From Myxococcota bacterium (GTDB taxonomy: Bacteria > Myxococcota_A > UBA796 > SXON01): a stretch of DNA of 64,000 bases. The notes under the pieces are model-generated. The model had not been told where the DNA came from. It did no database searches and was given only the letters and a program-made list of their open reading frames with translations. The stretch covers positions 1-64,000 of the forward strand of contig JAZKFH010000032.1 in NCBI GenBank assembly GCA_040386535.1, written 5' to 3'. Shown here in pieces: positions 45,601 to 54,347 of the stretch (positions within the stretch are counted from its first letter, which is position 1; each line of letters starts with the position of its first letter). A program made the position numbers and the translations under genes.

Positions 45601-45752
45601 GTGAGCAGGGTGACGGTGGGCCTGTTCAGATCCGGGAAGACGTCCACGGGCAGCCGGGTGGCCGTCCACCCGCCCCAGGCGAGCACGACCGCGGCCACGA
45701 CGAGGACGAAGAGGCGGTTCTGGAGGGAGAAGCGGATGAGGGCGTTGAACAT
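42627..45752 (-). CDS. CusA/CzcA-family heavy-metal RND permease (distinct subgroup)
   Basis: LPVDVFPDLNRPTV, GELVDDAIVDVEN, PGKEIL; 1041 aa. Confidence 0.93.
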   Translation of the reverse strand: MFNALIRFSLQNRLFVLVVAAVVLAWGGWTATRLPVDVFPDLNRPTVTLLTEAGGLSPEEVELLVTRPIETSMNGAPGVERVRSQSAVGLSVVWVEFDWDVDIYRARQQVAERTAQVAESLPEGVVPTMGPVSSIMGEILLIGVVSPEGTVPGPELRSLADWTLRPRLLSIGGISQVIAIGGGVEQLHVEVHPDRLAQRGLTLGDVREAAAGAQGSTTGGFLEQQSQEYVVRNLARTADPAAIGDTVITMRDGVPITLSDVADVRRGVGTMRGDAGVNGQPAVILSVQKQPGTDTIVLTEQVEHALEELRRGLPAGVDVVPLFRQADFIEASVANVEEALRDGAILVTIILVLFLLNVRTTAITLTAIPLSMVVAALALQAFGLTINTMTLGGLAVAIGELVDDAIVDVENVYRRLRENRTLPNPRSPLRVILDASVEVRSSIVFSTILVILVFIPLFALSGIEGRLFAPLGIAYIASILASMVVSLTITPVLASYLLPKMTQAKEHADGWLVRKLKGLDRRALVWALPRPKTILFAVAAAVVLAIASVPFLGTSFLPPFNEGTATVNLLATPGTSLTESDKLGSLAERLLLEVPEVKSTGRRTGRAEMDEHAEGVHYTEIDVDFEREGRPREEVLADIRAKLARLPGVVINIGQPIGHRLDHLLSGVRAQIAIKVFGPDLATLRSEAARIEQQLAPIPGLVDLQVERQVLIPQVQVRIDRDAAKRFGVPPGHLAEDLETALGGVRVAQVLDGVRSLDLVTRYAPEWRGDIDRIGIAPVSLEEGRAVTLGQLAEVSAGTGPNQVVHEDGQRRIAISANTAGRDVGSVVGDIQTSLAGLTLPTGYYWTIGGQFESQQSASRTIGLLSLLSLAGMYAVLYAHFRSHTLTLQVLLNIPLALIGSVAAIWISGQPLSVATLVGFITLCGIASRNTILMISHYIHLVRHEGESFGPEMVIRGSLERLVPVAMTALCAGIALIPLAFAGGTPGKEILTPVAQVILGGLLSSTLLDMVVTPTMFLRFGGDALRSMVASSETVDPLEAP

Positions 45753-45755
45753 TGG

Positions 45756-47459
45756 TCAGCGCCCCGCGATGCTTCGGAGCGTGTAGGTGCCGTCGACCAC
45801 GACGCGCTCGCCCGGGGCGAGCCCGCCGAGCACTTCCCAAACACCGCCGCTGCGTCCGCCGAGGCGGAGATCCCGTGCCTCGAAGGCCTCGGGGCCGGTT
45901 TTCACGAAGGCGAGGCGCGCGCCGTTGCTGTCCACGACTGCGGCCGCGGGGACCACGAGTGCGTCCCTCGTGGAGCCCCGGGCGATCCAGGCCGTGGCGC
46001 CCATGCCGGGACGGAGACCGAGATCGCCGGCCTCCACCGCGAGCGTGATCGTCACCATGCCCGTCGCGGGATCGGCCTCCTGGCCCGCATCGAGCACGAC
46101 CGCGGAGAGGGAGCGATCGGGCGCGGCGGACGGCGTCACCATCGCCGAGGCGCCGGAGACTAGCCCGAGGGCGAGCCTCTCGGGCACGTTGGCCTCCATC
46201 CACAGGCCCACCGTATCGACCACGCGGAAGAGCGTGGCGCCAGCCGACACCTGGTCGCCCGGCCGGGCGTTGATGGCGCCGAGGCGCCCGTCCACAGGGG
46301 CGCGGATCGCCACCGTGACCCCGCCCGCGAGCGCTGCGAGCGCCCCCTCGGCCTCCCGGAGCGTGACCCGCGCGACCTCCACGGCGTTCTTGCGCTCGAG
46401 CCGTTCCCGCTCGGAGATCGAGTCGCGCAGCGTGTCGAGCGAGGCGGCGTCCCGCTCCGCGAGGGCCAGCGCACTCTTCGCTTCGGCCACGCGGGTCGCG
46501 GCGCTCCCCCGCTCCTGCGCAATCGCGGCGCGGTCAGCGGTGCTCGGCACCTCCTTCAACAGCGCGAGCGTGTCCCCGGCCTTGACTGCCTGACCGGGGG
46601 TCGGGAAGCCGCCCGGGGGCGCGACGAGCACGCCGTCTACGGGCGCACCGAGAGTGGCGGCCTCGCCGGGGCGGGCCACGAACCGGCCGAGGGCCGGGAC
46701 GCGGTCGACGAACACGTCGCGGGAGAGGATGGCGGTGCGGAGGCCGACCAGGAACTGGCCGTCCATGGGGAGCGCGAGCGTCGCGCCCGCGGGTGCCGTC
46801 GGCGCCGCGGACGCCTCGCCGTGGTCCTCGCCGCCGTGGGCAGACACGCGCCGGCTGGCGAGGCCGACCCCGATCGCGAGCAGGGTGGCCGCCGCGGCCG
46901 CGCCCCGGCGGCGCCCGAGCAGGAACCCGAGCCCGAGGCAGACCACGGCGACCCCCCCGAGGAGCGCGAGGACGCCGGCCCCCGCGAGCGCCACGGTGCC
47001 CGCGCCCATCCCGTCCCCGCTCTCGACGGAGGGCGGGTCGTAGTGCAGCCCCGAGATCGCGAGCAGATCGCTCGCCGCGGGCGCGGTGACGACGAGCGCG
47101 CCGGCGTAGTCGCCGTAGGCCGGCAACGTCAGGGTGCCGTGGTAGGCGCCGGGCGCCCCGGCGGCACCGAACTCGGCCTGCGATGCTCCCGGCCCGTTCA
47201 GTGTGAGCGAGGCGGTCGCGCCCTCCACCGGTGCGCTTGTCGCGTAGTCGGCGAGCAGGATCGAGGCTTCCGTCGCCGTTCCCGCGGACACCCTGGGGAG
47301 GCGGACGATCGCCTCGAACGTGCTGGACGCCGCGCTCACCGAAAAGGCGTCCGCGGTCGTTGCGCTCGCGGAGGCCGCACTGGCGACCGGGGGCCCGTGG
47401 TCGTGGTCGTCTCCCCCGCCCGCGAAGGAGAGCGAAGTAGCGAGGAGCAAGAAGATCAC
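45756..47459 (-). CDS. Membrane fusion protein with extra N-terminal domain and an internal signal-like segment
   Basis: GTG start overlaps the TolC stop; GGGDDHDHG, a TM helix, VSA|HGGEDHG, then the MFP core with LRPGM. Confidence 0.85.
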   Translation of the reverse strand: MIFLLLATSLSFAGGGDDHDHGPPVASAASASATTADAFSVSAASSTFEAIVRLPRVSAGTATEASILLADYATSAPVEGATASLTLNGPGASQAEFGAAGAPGAYHGTLTLPAYGDYAGALVVTAPAASDLLAISGLHYDPPSVESGDGMGAGTVALAGAGVLALLGGVAVVCLGLGFLLGRRRGAAAAATLLAIGVGLASRRVSAHGGEDHGEASAAPTAPAGATLALPMDGQFLVGLRTAILSRDVFVDRVPALGRFVARPGEAATLGAPVDGVLVAPPGGFPTPGQAVKAGDTLALLKEVPSTADRAAIAQERGSAATRVAEAKSALALAERDAASLDTLRDSISERERLERKNAVEVARVTLREAEGALAALAGGVTVAIRAPVDGRLGAINARPGDQVSAGATLFRVVDTVGLWMEANVPERLALGLVSGASAMVTPSAAPDRSLSAVVLDAGQEADPATGMVTITLAVEAGDLGLRPGMGATAWIARGSTRDALVVPAAAVVDSNGARLAFVKTGPEAFEARDLRLGGRSGGVWEVLGGLAPGERVVVDGTYTLRSIAGR

Positions 47460-48610
47460 GGTTCCTCCAAGGGCAGTTGGCCGGCGAGCTCCCAGAGCGC
47501 GAGGCGTGCGCGCTCCTGCCGCCAGCGGGCGTCGATTGCGCCGCCGAGAGCAGCGAGGGCGAGGTCCCGCTCGGCGACGAACACCGAAAGCGAGGCCTCG
47601 CCGACCTCGTACCGGCGCGCCGCGGCGTCGAGCGTGGCATCCAGGCCGGGGATGTCCCAAGCGGCGGCCACCCGCTCGGCGATTGCGAGCTCGGCTCGCG
47701 CGTTCGCAATGGAGGCACGTGCGTCGAGCGTCTCCCGGGACGCGCGCGCGTCAGCGATGTCGGCCTCGGCGCGCGCAACCCGAACCTTCGATGCACCCGG
47801 GGCGAAGAGCGGGATCTCGATCGCCGCGCCATACACCGGTCCGGTCTCGCCTTCGAACGACCACCCGCCGCGAAGGTGGAGATCGGGGACCCGCTCGAGC
47901 TTCTCGGCGGTCAGCCGCGCGAGGGCAGCACGGGCCTCGAGCCCCGCGGCCAGGAGGGTGGGAAGCTGGCTTGGCTCCACGGACGGCGGCTCCGGTAGCG
48001 TGGGCCATTCCCCGATCCCAGGCGCATCCTCCTGTCCGATCAGGACGCCGAGCCGACGGCGGGCGGCCTCGGCTTCCCGCTGCAGGGTCAGCGCGTCATC
48101 GAGCGCGCGCGCCGCCTCGGCATGGAGCAGTGCCGACTCGACACGCGAGATGTCACCCGTCTCGGCGCGACGCACGGCCGCGTCGCGGAGTCGGACGGCC
48201 AGACCCTCGGCCGCTTCGGCGAGCTCCGCCTGTTCACGCGCCCGCACGGCATCCAGGTAGCTCGCACCGGCGGCAGCTCCCACCGCAGCCCGACCCGCCT
48301 CGGCGCGCAGCGAGGCGGCCTCGCGCAACCGGCGCGCGGCGCTCGCCCGCGCGATTGGTTGGCCCGCGATCTCGACGGGCACGGTCACCGAGAGGGTGGT
48401 CTCCCCGGGCTGGTGCTCCAGATCGAGCTCGGGGTTGCCCTGCCAGGCGGCGTACTCTCGCGCTTCGGCCCGCGCCTGATCCGCCTCGGCCGAGACGATC
48501 CGGGCGTCCGCGCCGTGTTCGACCGCCGCGCGAACCGTCTCCGCGAAGTCGAGCTCCCGGGCCGGCGCATCCTGGGCGAACCCGAGCGAAACGAACAAGA
48601 ACGGGATCAT
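47456..48610 (-). CDS. TolC family outer-membrane efflux protein
   Basis: GNPEL, IPLF and helical repeats; ATGA-coupled to the regulator. Confidence 0.85.
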   Translation of the reverse strand: MIPFLFVSLGFAQDAPARELDFAETVRAAVEHGADARIVSAEADQARAEAREYAAWQGNPELDLEHQPGETTLSVTVPVEIAGQPIARASAARRLREAASLRAEAGRAAVGAAAGASYLDAVRAREQAELAEAAEGLAVRLRDAAVRRAETGDISRVESALLHAEAARALDDALTLQREAEAARRRLGVLIGQEDAPGIGEWPTLPEPPSVEPSQLPTLLAAGLEARAALARLTAEKLERVPDLHLRGGWSFEGETGPVYGAAIEIPLFAPGASKVRVARAEADIADARASRETLDARASIANARAELAIAERVAAAWDIPGLDATLDAAARRYEVGEASLSVFVAERDLALAALGGAIDARWRQERARLALWELAGQLPLEEP

Positions 48611-49968
48611 GGGTTTCGGAACCTCCCGGGATCGATGCCGTGCCGCTTCAGGAGCCGATGCATCGACTCGCGCTCCATGCCGGCCTCGGCCGCGGCGTGG
48701 GTGACGTTCCCCGACGTGCGCCGCAGGAGCTGGAGCAGGTACTCGTGTCCCGCTGCGTCGGAAGCCCGCTCGCACACGGCACGGAAGCTACCCGCGGGTG
48801 CCTGTGGCACGACGCCCCGCACGGACTCGGGCAGGTGGTAGACCTCGACGGTCTCGTCGGGGGCGATCACCGCGGCGTGCTCCAGGGCGTGGCGCAGTTC
48901 ACGCACGTTCCCTGGCCACGGTGCAGCCTCCAGCGCGGCGAGCGCCTCCGGAGCCAGACGGCGTGCGCGCGTCCCGTAGCGGGCCCCAGCCATCTTCAGG
49001 AAGAGCGTGGCGAGCAGGGAGACGTCCTCCACGCGTTGCCGCAACGACGGTAGGCGCACCTGCACGACCTTCAGCCGAAAGTAGAGGTCCTGCCGAAACG
49101 CGCCGGATGCCACCATCTTCTCGAGGTCCCGGTGCGTGGCCGCAACGACGCGCGCGTCAAAGGGGCGGCTACCAGTTTCTCCCACGCGTCGGACATACCC
49201 CTCGTCGAGCACCCGATTGAGCTTCACCTGCAACGGGAGCGGCATGTCGCCGATCTCGTCGAGTAGGAGCGTGCCTCCCTTCGCGGCTTCGAGCAGGCCG
49301 GGCCGGTCCGCGGATGCGCCGGTATATGCCCCGCGCGCCACGCCGAACAACTCGGCCTCCAGCAGGTTCTCGGGGATGGCCCCGCAGTTCAGCGCGACGA
49401 ACTCGCCCTTCCCGTGCACCCGGTGGATCTCACGGGCGGCGACCTCCTTCCCGGAGCCACTCTCCCCGAGGAGGAGCACCGGGGCGGGAACCCGCCCGAC
49501 GCGCTCGATCCAGCGCCGCACCTCGACGGCGGCGGGAGAGCGCCCCACGAAGGCGCTCTCCTGTCCCCCGACCATCGCCTCGAGTTCCCGCGTGCGCCCG
49601 AGCAGCGCGTGACGCTCCGCCGCGCGAACCGCGATCCGTAAGAGATCGTCGGGCTCGAACGGCTTCGCGACGTAGTCGTAGGCGCCCGCCCGCAGCGCCT
49701 GGACGGCCGCCGGAAGCTCGGCGTACGCGGTCATCAACACCACCTCGGGGGGAGGATCCATCGCGCGGGCGGCAGCGAGGACGGCGGTGCCATCGGCACC
49801 GGGCAGGCGTACATCCGTGATCACCAGGGCGTAGCGGCCAGCACGCAGCCGTTGCAGCGCCGACTCGGCGTCCGCCACCTCGTCGACCTCGAACCGCTCC
49901 CCCAGGGTGCGCGCGAGCAGTTTGCGAAGGTTCTCACGGTCTTCCACGAGCAGGAGGCGTTCAGGCAT
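48607..49968 (-). CDS. Sigma-54-dependent response regulator (NtrC family, CorR-like)
   Basis: Receiver domain (VED, ITDVRLP), GESGSGKE, GAYTGA, LLDEIG, WPGNVREL and a Fis-type HTH. Confidence 0.93.
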   Translation of the reverse strand: MPERLLLVEDRENLRKLLARTLGERFEVDEVADAESALQRLRAGRYALVITDVRLPGADGTAVLAAARAMDPPPEVVLMTAYAELPAAVQALRAGAYDYVAKPFEPDDLLRIAVRAAERHALLGRTRELEAMVGGQESAFVGRSPAAVEVRRWIERVGRVPAPVLLLGESGSGKEVAAREIHRVHGKGEFVALNCGAIPENLLEAELFGVARGAYTGASADRPGLLEAAKGGTLLLDEIGDMPLPLQVKLNRVLDEGYVRRVGETGSRPFDARVVAATHRDLEKMVASGAFRQDLYFRLKVVQVRLPSLRQRVEDVSLLATLFLKMAGARYGTRARRLAPEALAALEAAPWPGNVRELRHALEHAAVIAPDETVEVYHLPESVRGVVPQAPAGSFRAVCERASDAAGHEYLLQLLRRTSGNVTHAAAEAGMERESMHRLLKRHGIDPGRFRNP

Positions 49969-51358
49969 CGAGCCCTCCCAGCGTCCAAACCGCGACAGTC
50001 CCCCCGCCCTCGCGGTCCCGGTGTGCGAGCGAGCCGCCTTGCGCGCGTGCGATCCGTTGACACACCGCGAGTCCGAGGCCCGTGCCGTCGGGCCGCCCGG
50101 TCACGAACGGCTCGTACAGCCTGGGCCGGACGTTCGCGGGAAGCCCTGGCCCCCGATCTCGCACCTCGAACACCGGTCCTTGTTTCAACTCGAGCTCGAC
50201 AGTCGCGCCTGCGCTCGACGCCTCCACCGCATTCCGAAGCAGGTTGTCGAGGACCTGCCGCACCGCGGATGGAGATGCGAGGATCGACCGAGGAGTGCTC
50301 GGCAGCAGGTGCACCGTCACGTCTCGGAGGTCTGCCTGCGTGCCGATGCGGTCGACCGCCGCTTCCGCAGACCGTACCAAATCGACGTTGACAGCCGGCT
50401 CCTCGCCGGGCCGCGCAAAGCCCAGGAGCCCCTGGACGACGCGGCGCGCGTGTTCCGCTTCCTGCCGCACCCCAGCCAATTCCGGGCGCTTCATCTCGGG
50501 CTCCCCCAGGATGACCGCGAGGGGATTGAGCAACTCGTGCGCGACCGCTCCGCTCATCTCGCCCAGGGCGGCCAACCGCTCCACTTCGAGGCGCCGCCGC
50601 TCGGATGCCACTACCTTCTCCATCATGCGGTTGAACGCCCTCCCGAGCTCAGAGAGCTCGTCGTCGCCCCGCTCGGGCGCGGTGACGGAGCGCCCCTCCC
50701 CGAAGGCGGCCGCCGCGGTGCGAAGCTCGCCGACCGGGCCGAGAATACCCCTGGCCAATCTCCAGGCGACGAGCAGGCCGAGCGCAGCGCCGCCCACCGT
50801 CAGAGCAGCAACGGAGAGCCAGGCGCTCGATGTTGCTGCCGCCACCGCGGCGCGCTCGCGGGCCTGCGCCATGTCGAGCGCACCGAGCACATCACCGAGC
50901 CGGGCCTCGACCGCCGAAGCACGAAGCTCGGCCTCGTCGTGAAGGCGGGTCGCTGCCTCCGTGTCGAGCGTGCCCTGCTGCGCGAGAGGAACCACCTCGG
51001 CGGCGAACCAACGGTTGGACTCTTCGATGGCGGCACGAACCGGGGTGAGATCGACGGACGCCGCGACGCCCTCCGACTCCGCCTTGGTGATTTGAACGGA
51101 CACAGCAGCCGTGACCTCGTCCAAATGATCGAGGTGCCCGGGCCCGCGCTCGATCAACGTGTGGGCCTGGTGGACGTACACCTCGCGGGCGGCGACCGCG
51201 AGGCCGAGCACAGCCTCCTGCTCGCGTGCCAGCACCTGCTGCGCCTCACCTGCGCTGCGAACCTGTGTCCAGCTCGCGAACCCCAAGCCGGTGCCCAGAA
51301 CTTGGAGCCCGACGAGCAGGCCTGTGTGCGCGAACACGCGCCGGCGCAACGACGACAC
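49961..51358 (-). CDS. HAMP sensor histidine kinase with His-containing periplasmic domain (CorS-like); start approximate
   Basis: Two TMs, YVHQAH...HLDH, HAMP, AHELLNPL, DRGPG, GTGLGL. Confidence 0.88.
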   Translation of the reverse strand: MSSLRRRVFAHTGLLVGLQVLGTGLGFASWTQVRSAGEAQQVLAREQEAVLGLAVAAREVYVHQAHTLIERGPGHLDHLDEVTAAVSVQITKAESEGVAASVDLTPVRAAIEESNRWFAAEVVPLAQQGTLDTEAATRLHDEAELRASAVEARLGDVLGALDMAQARERAAVAAATSSAWLSVAALTVGGAALGLLVAWRLARGILGPVGELRTAAAAFGEGRSVTAPERGDDELSELGRAFNRMMEKVVASERRRLEVERLAALGEMSGAVAHELLNPLAVILGEPEMKRPELAGVRQEAEHARRVVQGLLGFARPGEEPAVNVDLVRSAEAAVDRIGTQADLRDVTVHLLPSTPRSILASPSAVRQVLDNLLRNAVEASSAGATVELELKQGPVFEVRDRGPGLPANVRPRLYEPFVTGRPDGTGLGLAVCQRIARAQGGSLAHRDREGGGTVAVWTLGGLDA

Positions 51359-51456
51359 GCTCAGGACCCCCTGGTCTGGGCGCGGCCATCGCGCAGCAGG
51401 CGATCCCCGACCCAACCCATTGCTCTCGACACCGGCCACCTCCGCACGGCTCACTA

Positions 51457-51472
51457 AGCAAAATGTGTGCCA
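51457..51472 (-). promoter_or_regulatory. Sigma-54 (-24/-12) promoter
   Basis: The minus strand reads TGGCAC-ACATT-TTGCT, upstream of the kinase/EBP/RND operon. Confidence 0.85.
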
Positions 51473-51636
51473 GATGCGGTCGGGAAGCATCTAAGGGGAA
51501 AACAGGCGACTGACTCGGCAAACGCCGGAGGCAAAGCGTGATGTCGCCGGTCACAGTCCGCTCCCCGAGGTTACGGCTCGCCCGGACGATCGCTAAGGGC
51601 GCGGCCGGGACCGCATGGCAGCAGACCGATCGCTCC

Positions 51637-53373
51637 CTAAGGCTTCTCGACGCCTCCGAGTGCCACCAGGAACGCCGGGTCGTCCACGCTCAAGGCGCCG
51701 GTGGAGGACCAAGCGAGCGTGCCCGAGGCATCGTAGAGAAACGTCCGAGGAAGCGCGCTCACCCCCAAGCGTCCGGCCAGATCGCTCGCGTCCGGGTGCA
51801 GCACGGTCAGCGTCGGCGCGCGCGCCTCGACCATCTTCCGAACGGACGCCCCCGCCGCAGCGCCGTCGACCGACAAGGCCAGAACCCGCACGCTCGGGTG
51901 CTTCCGTTGCAGCTCCGCCAGGGCCGGAAGCTCGTCGCGGCAGGGGCCACACCAGGTGGCCCACACGTTGAGGAGCACCGGCGAGCCTCGAAGCGCCTCG
52001 GCGCTCACGGTCGCGCCGGACAGGTCCGGCGCCTCGAAGGCGGGAAGCGTCGCGATCGCGGCCGCGGCCGTCGGGGGCTTCTCCGCTTGTTCGACCGGCG
52101 GCACCAGCGCCGGGTCGAAGGTGACAGCGGTGTTTTCTCCGTCCGGGACCGTCCACGAGACGATCGCCCGCGAACCATGCTTTGCCAGCCGAGGAAACCC
52201 CGTCGCACGCGCGGTGCCGCTTGCACCGAGCTCCAGAGAGGGCCCGACCCGCCCGTCCCGCCCTACGCGGCGGATCCGCACCCGGCCGTCCTCTTCCTCC
52301 GCGGACAGCCACACCACCAGCGCCGTGCCGTCCGGCTCCAGCAGGACGTCCGCCCTTCCGAGCGGCCGGGCATCCGTCGCGGCATCCACAACCGTCACCG
52401 CCGAGCCGAAGGTCGCGCCCGCATCGCCCGAGAACGCCGCGCGCACGGACTGGCGATCGCCCGACCCCGTGAACCAGGCGGCGACGACCTCCTCCCCGCG
52501 GGCATCGGCTGCCGGCCCGTTGACCGGGCAGCCGTGGATCACCCACCCGTCGGCGCCCAAGGGGATTCCGCCGGTCCAGCCGGCTCCTCCCGCGACGGCA
52601 GCGGAGATGTCCCGGCGCTCGTCCTCGGCGCGGTCCCGGTACACCACCACTCCCTTCCCCCCGGCGAGGACCGCATCGGTCGCGCAGCAGTCGCACGTGC
52701 GGGCGTCCACCACCTCGTCAGGCAGGAATCCCGATGGTCCCAGGAGGGCGGAGCGGAGCGCGGTCGCGCCCACGTGCACGCCATGGTGGCCGCCGGTCAT
52801 TTCGCGCCCATCGAGCCAGAAGACCCGGAGCCCGGCCGGCTCGGCGGCGTACGACAGGAAGCCTCGCTCGCCGGAGAGGCCCGCGGGGAACGGGACCGGA
52901 AGGGCTGTCCACGTGACCCCCTGATCGGTGGAGCGGACCATCGCGAAGTCGTAGGCATCGGGCGTGCTGCGGAACCAGTGCGCCACGAGCGTCCCGTCAG
53001 GCGAAACCCCGACAGAGGGGAAGTCTGCCCAGTTGGCGAGGATGTCCTTGCCCTGGGCGAGGTCGACGGGGACCGACCAGGACTCGCCGTGTCGGCGCGC
53101 GAAACGGACACGCCACGTCGGCTTCTCGTCGACCGCCGCCGACGCCCTTCCCGGCTCCTGCCAGACGTAGAGCAGGTCCTCCCCGTCCGCGGTGAAGCTG
53201 GGCGTGATGGCGCCCTTGCCGGACGGGAGGTCGAAGCCGGTGGGGCCAGCCGGCGCGACCACGACGGATTGAGCGTCCGAGGTCGTGGCGCGAGGGGAGT
53301 CGGGGCGGGGGGCCTCGCAGGCAGCGAACCCCAAAACCAACAAGGCGAGCACGCGAGCGACGGCGGAAGTCAT
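51637..53373 (-). CDS. Fusion lipoprotein: BNR/sialidase-like propeller plus C-terminal TlpA domain
   Basis: NWADFP, TCDCC and GCPVNGP, followed by LNVWATWCGPC...LP. Confidence 0.82.
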   Translation of the reverse strand: MTSAVARVLALLVLGFAACEAPRPDSPRATTSDAQSVVVAPAGPTGFDLPSGKGAITPSFTADGEDLLYVWQEPGRASAAVDEKPTWRVRFARRHGESWSVPVDLAQGKDILANWADFPSVGVSPDGTLVAHWFRSTPDAYDFAMVRSTDQGVTWTALPVPFPAGLSGERGFLSYAAEPAGLRVFWLDGREMTGGHHGVHVGATALRSALLGPSGFLPDEVVDARTCDCCATDAVLAGGKGVVVYRDRAEDERRDISAAVAGGAGWTGGIPLGADGWVIHGCPVNGPAADARGEEVVAAWFTGSGDRQSVRAAFSGDAGATFGSAVTVVDAATDARPLGRADVLLEPDGTALVVWLSAEEEDGRVRIRRVGRDGRVGPSLELGASGTARATGFPRLAKHGSRAIVSWTVPDGENTAVTFDPALVPPVEQAEKPPTAAAAIATLPAFEAPDLSGATVSAEALRGSPVLLNVWATWCGPCRDELPALAELQRKHPSVRVLALSVDGAAAGASVRKMVEARAPTLTVLHPDASDLAGRLGVSALPRTFLYDASGTLAWSSTGALSVDDPAFLVALGGVEKP

Positions 53374-53540
53374 TGGCGCCAGCATAGCGCGCACACTCCC
53401 AACGGCCCGGTTCCCGGGTGTAACCCCGCCGGTCACAATGGCGCCGTCTGTTACACTCGACGATTGCGGCCGGGTTTACGCTTCCCCTTCATGGACGAGC
53501 GTGTACCTCGGGTATAGCTATCCGGCCGTTGGAGCCTGAC

Positions 53541-54347
53541 ATGCCCCTCTGGCTGGTGGCCCTGTCCTACGGGGCCGAACCGATCGTCGTGGGCTCCGTG
53601 CCCGACACCACGATTGACGTCGCGGTGAGTGTGGAAGTGGTCGTCCCGTGGAGCGAGGCCGGTCTCGTCCCGGCGCGGGCCGAGTCCCCACCCATCGGTC
53701 CAGACTTGTTGGCCATGGGGCCGGATGGCGAAGTCGCCTTCTACGACCCCGTTCACGCCAGCGTCGTGATCGTAGGCATGGGAAGTTTTCCGGTCGCGGG
53801 CGTGGATGACCTCCTGTTCACGCCGTCCGGCACGCTGCTGGTGCTCTCCGGTGGATTCCTGTCCGCATACGATGCCAGCGGCGTGCTCGTCGAGCGTCGC
53901 GCCCTTCCCGGCATGGTGCCGCCCGGCGGCGCCCTGGGTCTGGACGGTTCCGTCGTCTGCTCGCTGGATCTGTTCGGCGGCTGCCACACCATCGCGATCA
54001 TGACAGGTGGCGGCGGGCTCGCCAGCTACGACGGTCCGAGCCTCCGTCCACCCACGCGAGTCGTGCGGCGGGTCGGGGACGCGCTCTTCGTCAACGATCG
54101 ACGCATAGCGACCCTGGCTGGGCGCGGTGGCGGGCGGCTGCTCGGAGACTGGCTGTTGGTCGAAGAGATGGACGATGGGACGGTTAGCCGACGGGCCGTC
54201 TCGCTGCGCGACGGCGCCGAGGTGGCGTTGCCGGTCGAGGGGCGATTGTACGCGCCGAGCCGCGACGTGGCCTGCGCACCCGACGGGACGCTCGGGTGGA
54301 TCGATCCCCGCGCGGATGGCCTCCACATCGCCCAGGTGACGCCATGA
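53541..54347 (+). CDS. Secreted hypothetical protein
   Basis: SD GGAG, short hydrophobic N-terminus, ATGA-coupled to the next gene. Confidence 0.6.
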   Translation: MPLWLVALSYGAEPIVVGSVPDTTIDVAVSVEVVVPWSEAGLVPARAESPPIGPDLLAMGPDGEVAFYDPVHASVVIVGMGSFPVAGVDDLLFTPSGTLLVLSGGFLSAYDASGVLVERRALPGMVPPGGALGLDGSVVCSLDLFGGCHTIAIMTGGGGLASYDGPSLRPPTRVVRRVGDALFVNDRRIATLAGRGGGRLLGDWLLVEEMDDGTVSRRAVSLRDGAEVALPVEGRLYAPSRDVACAPDGTLGWIDPRADGLHIAQVTP

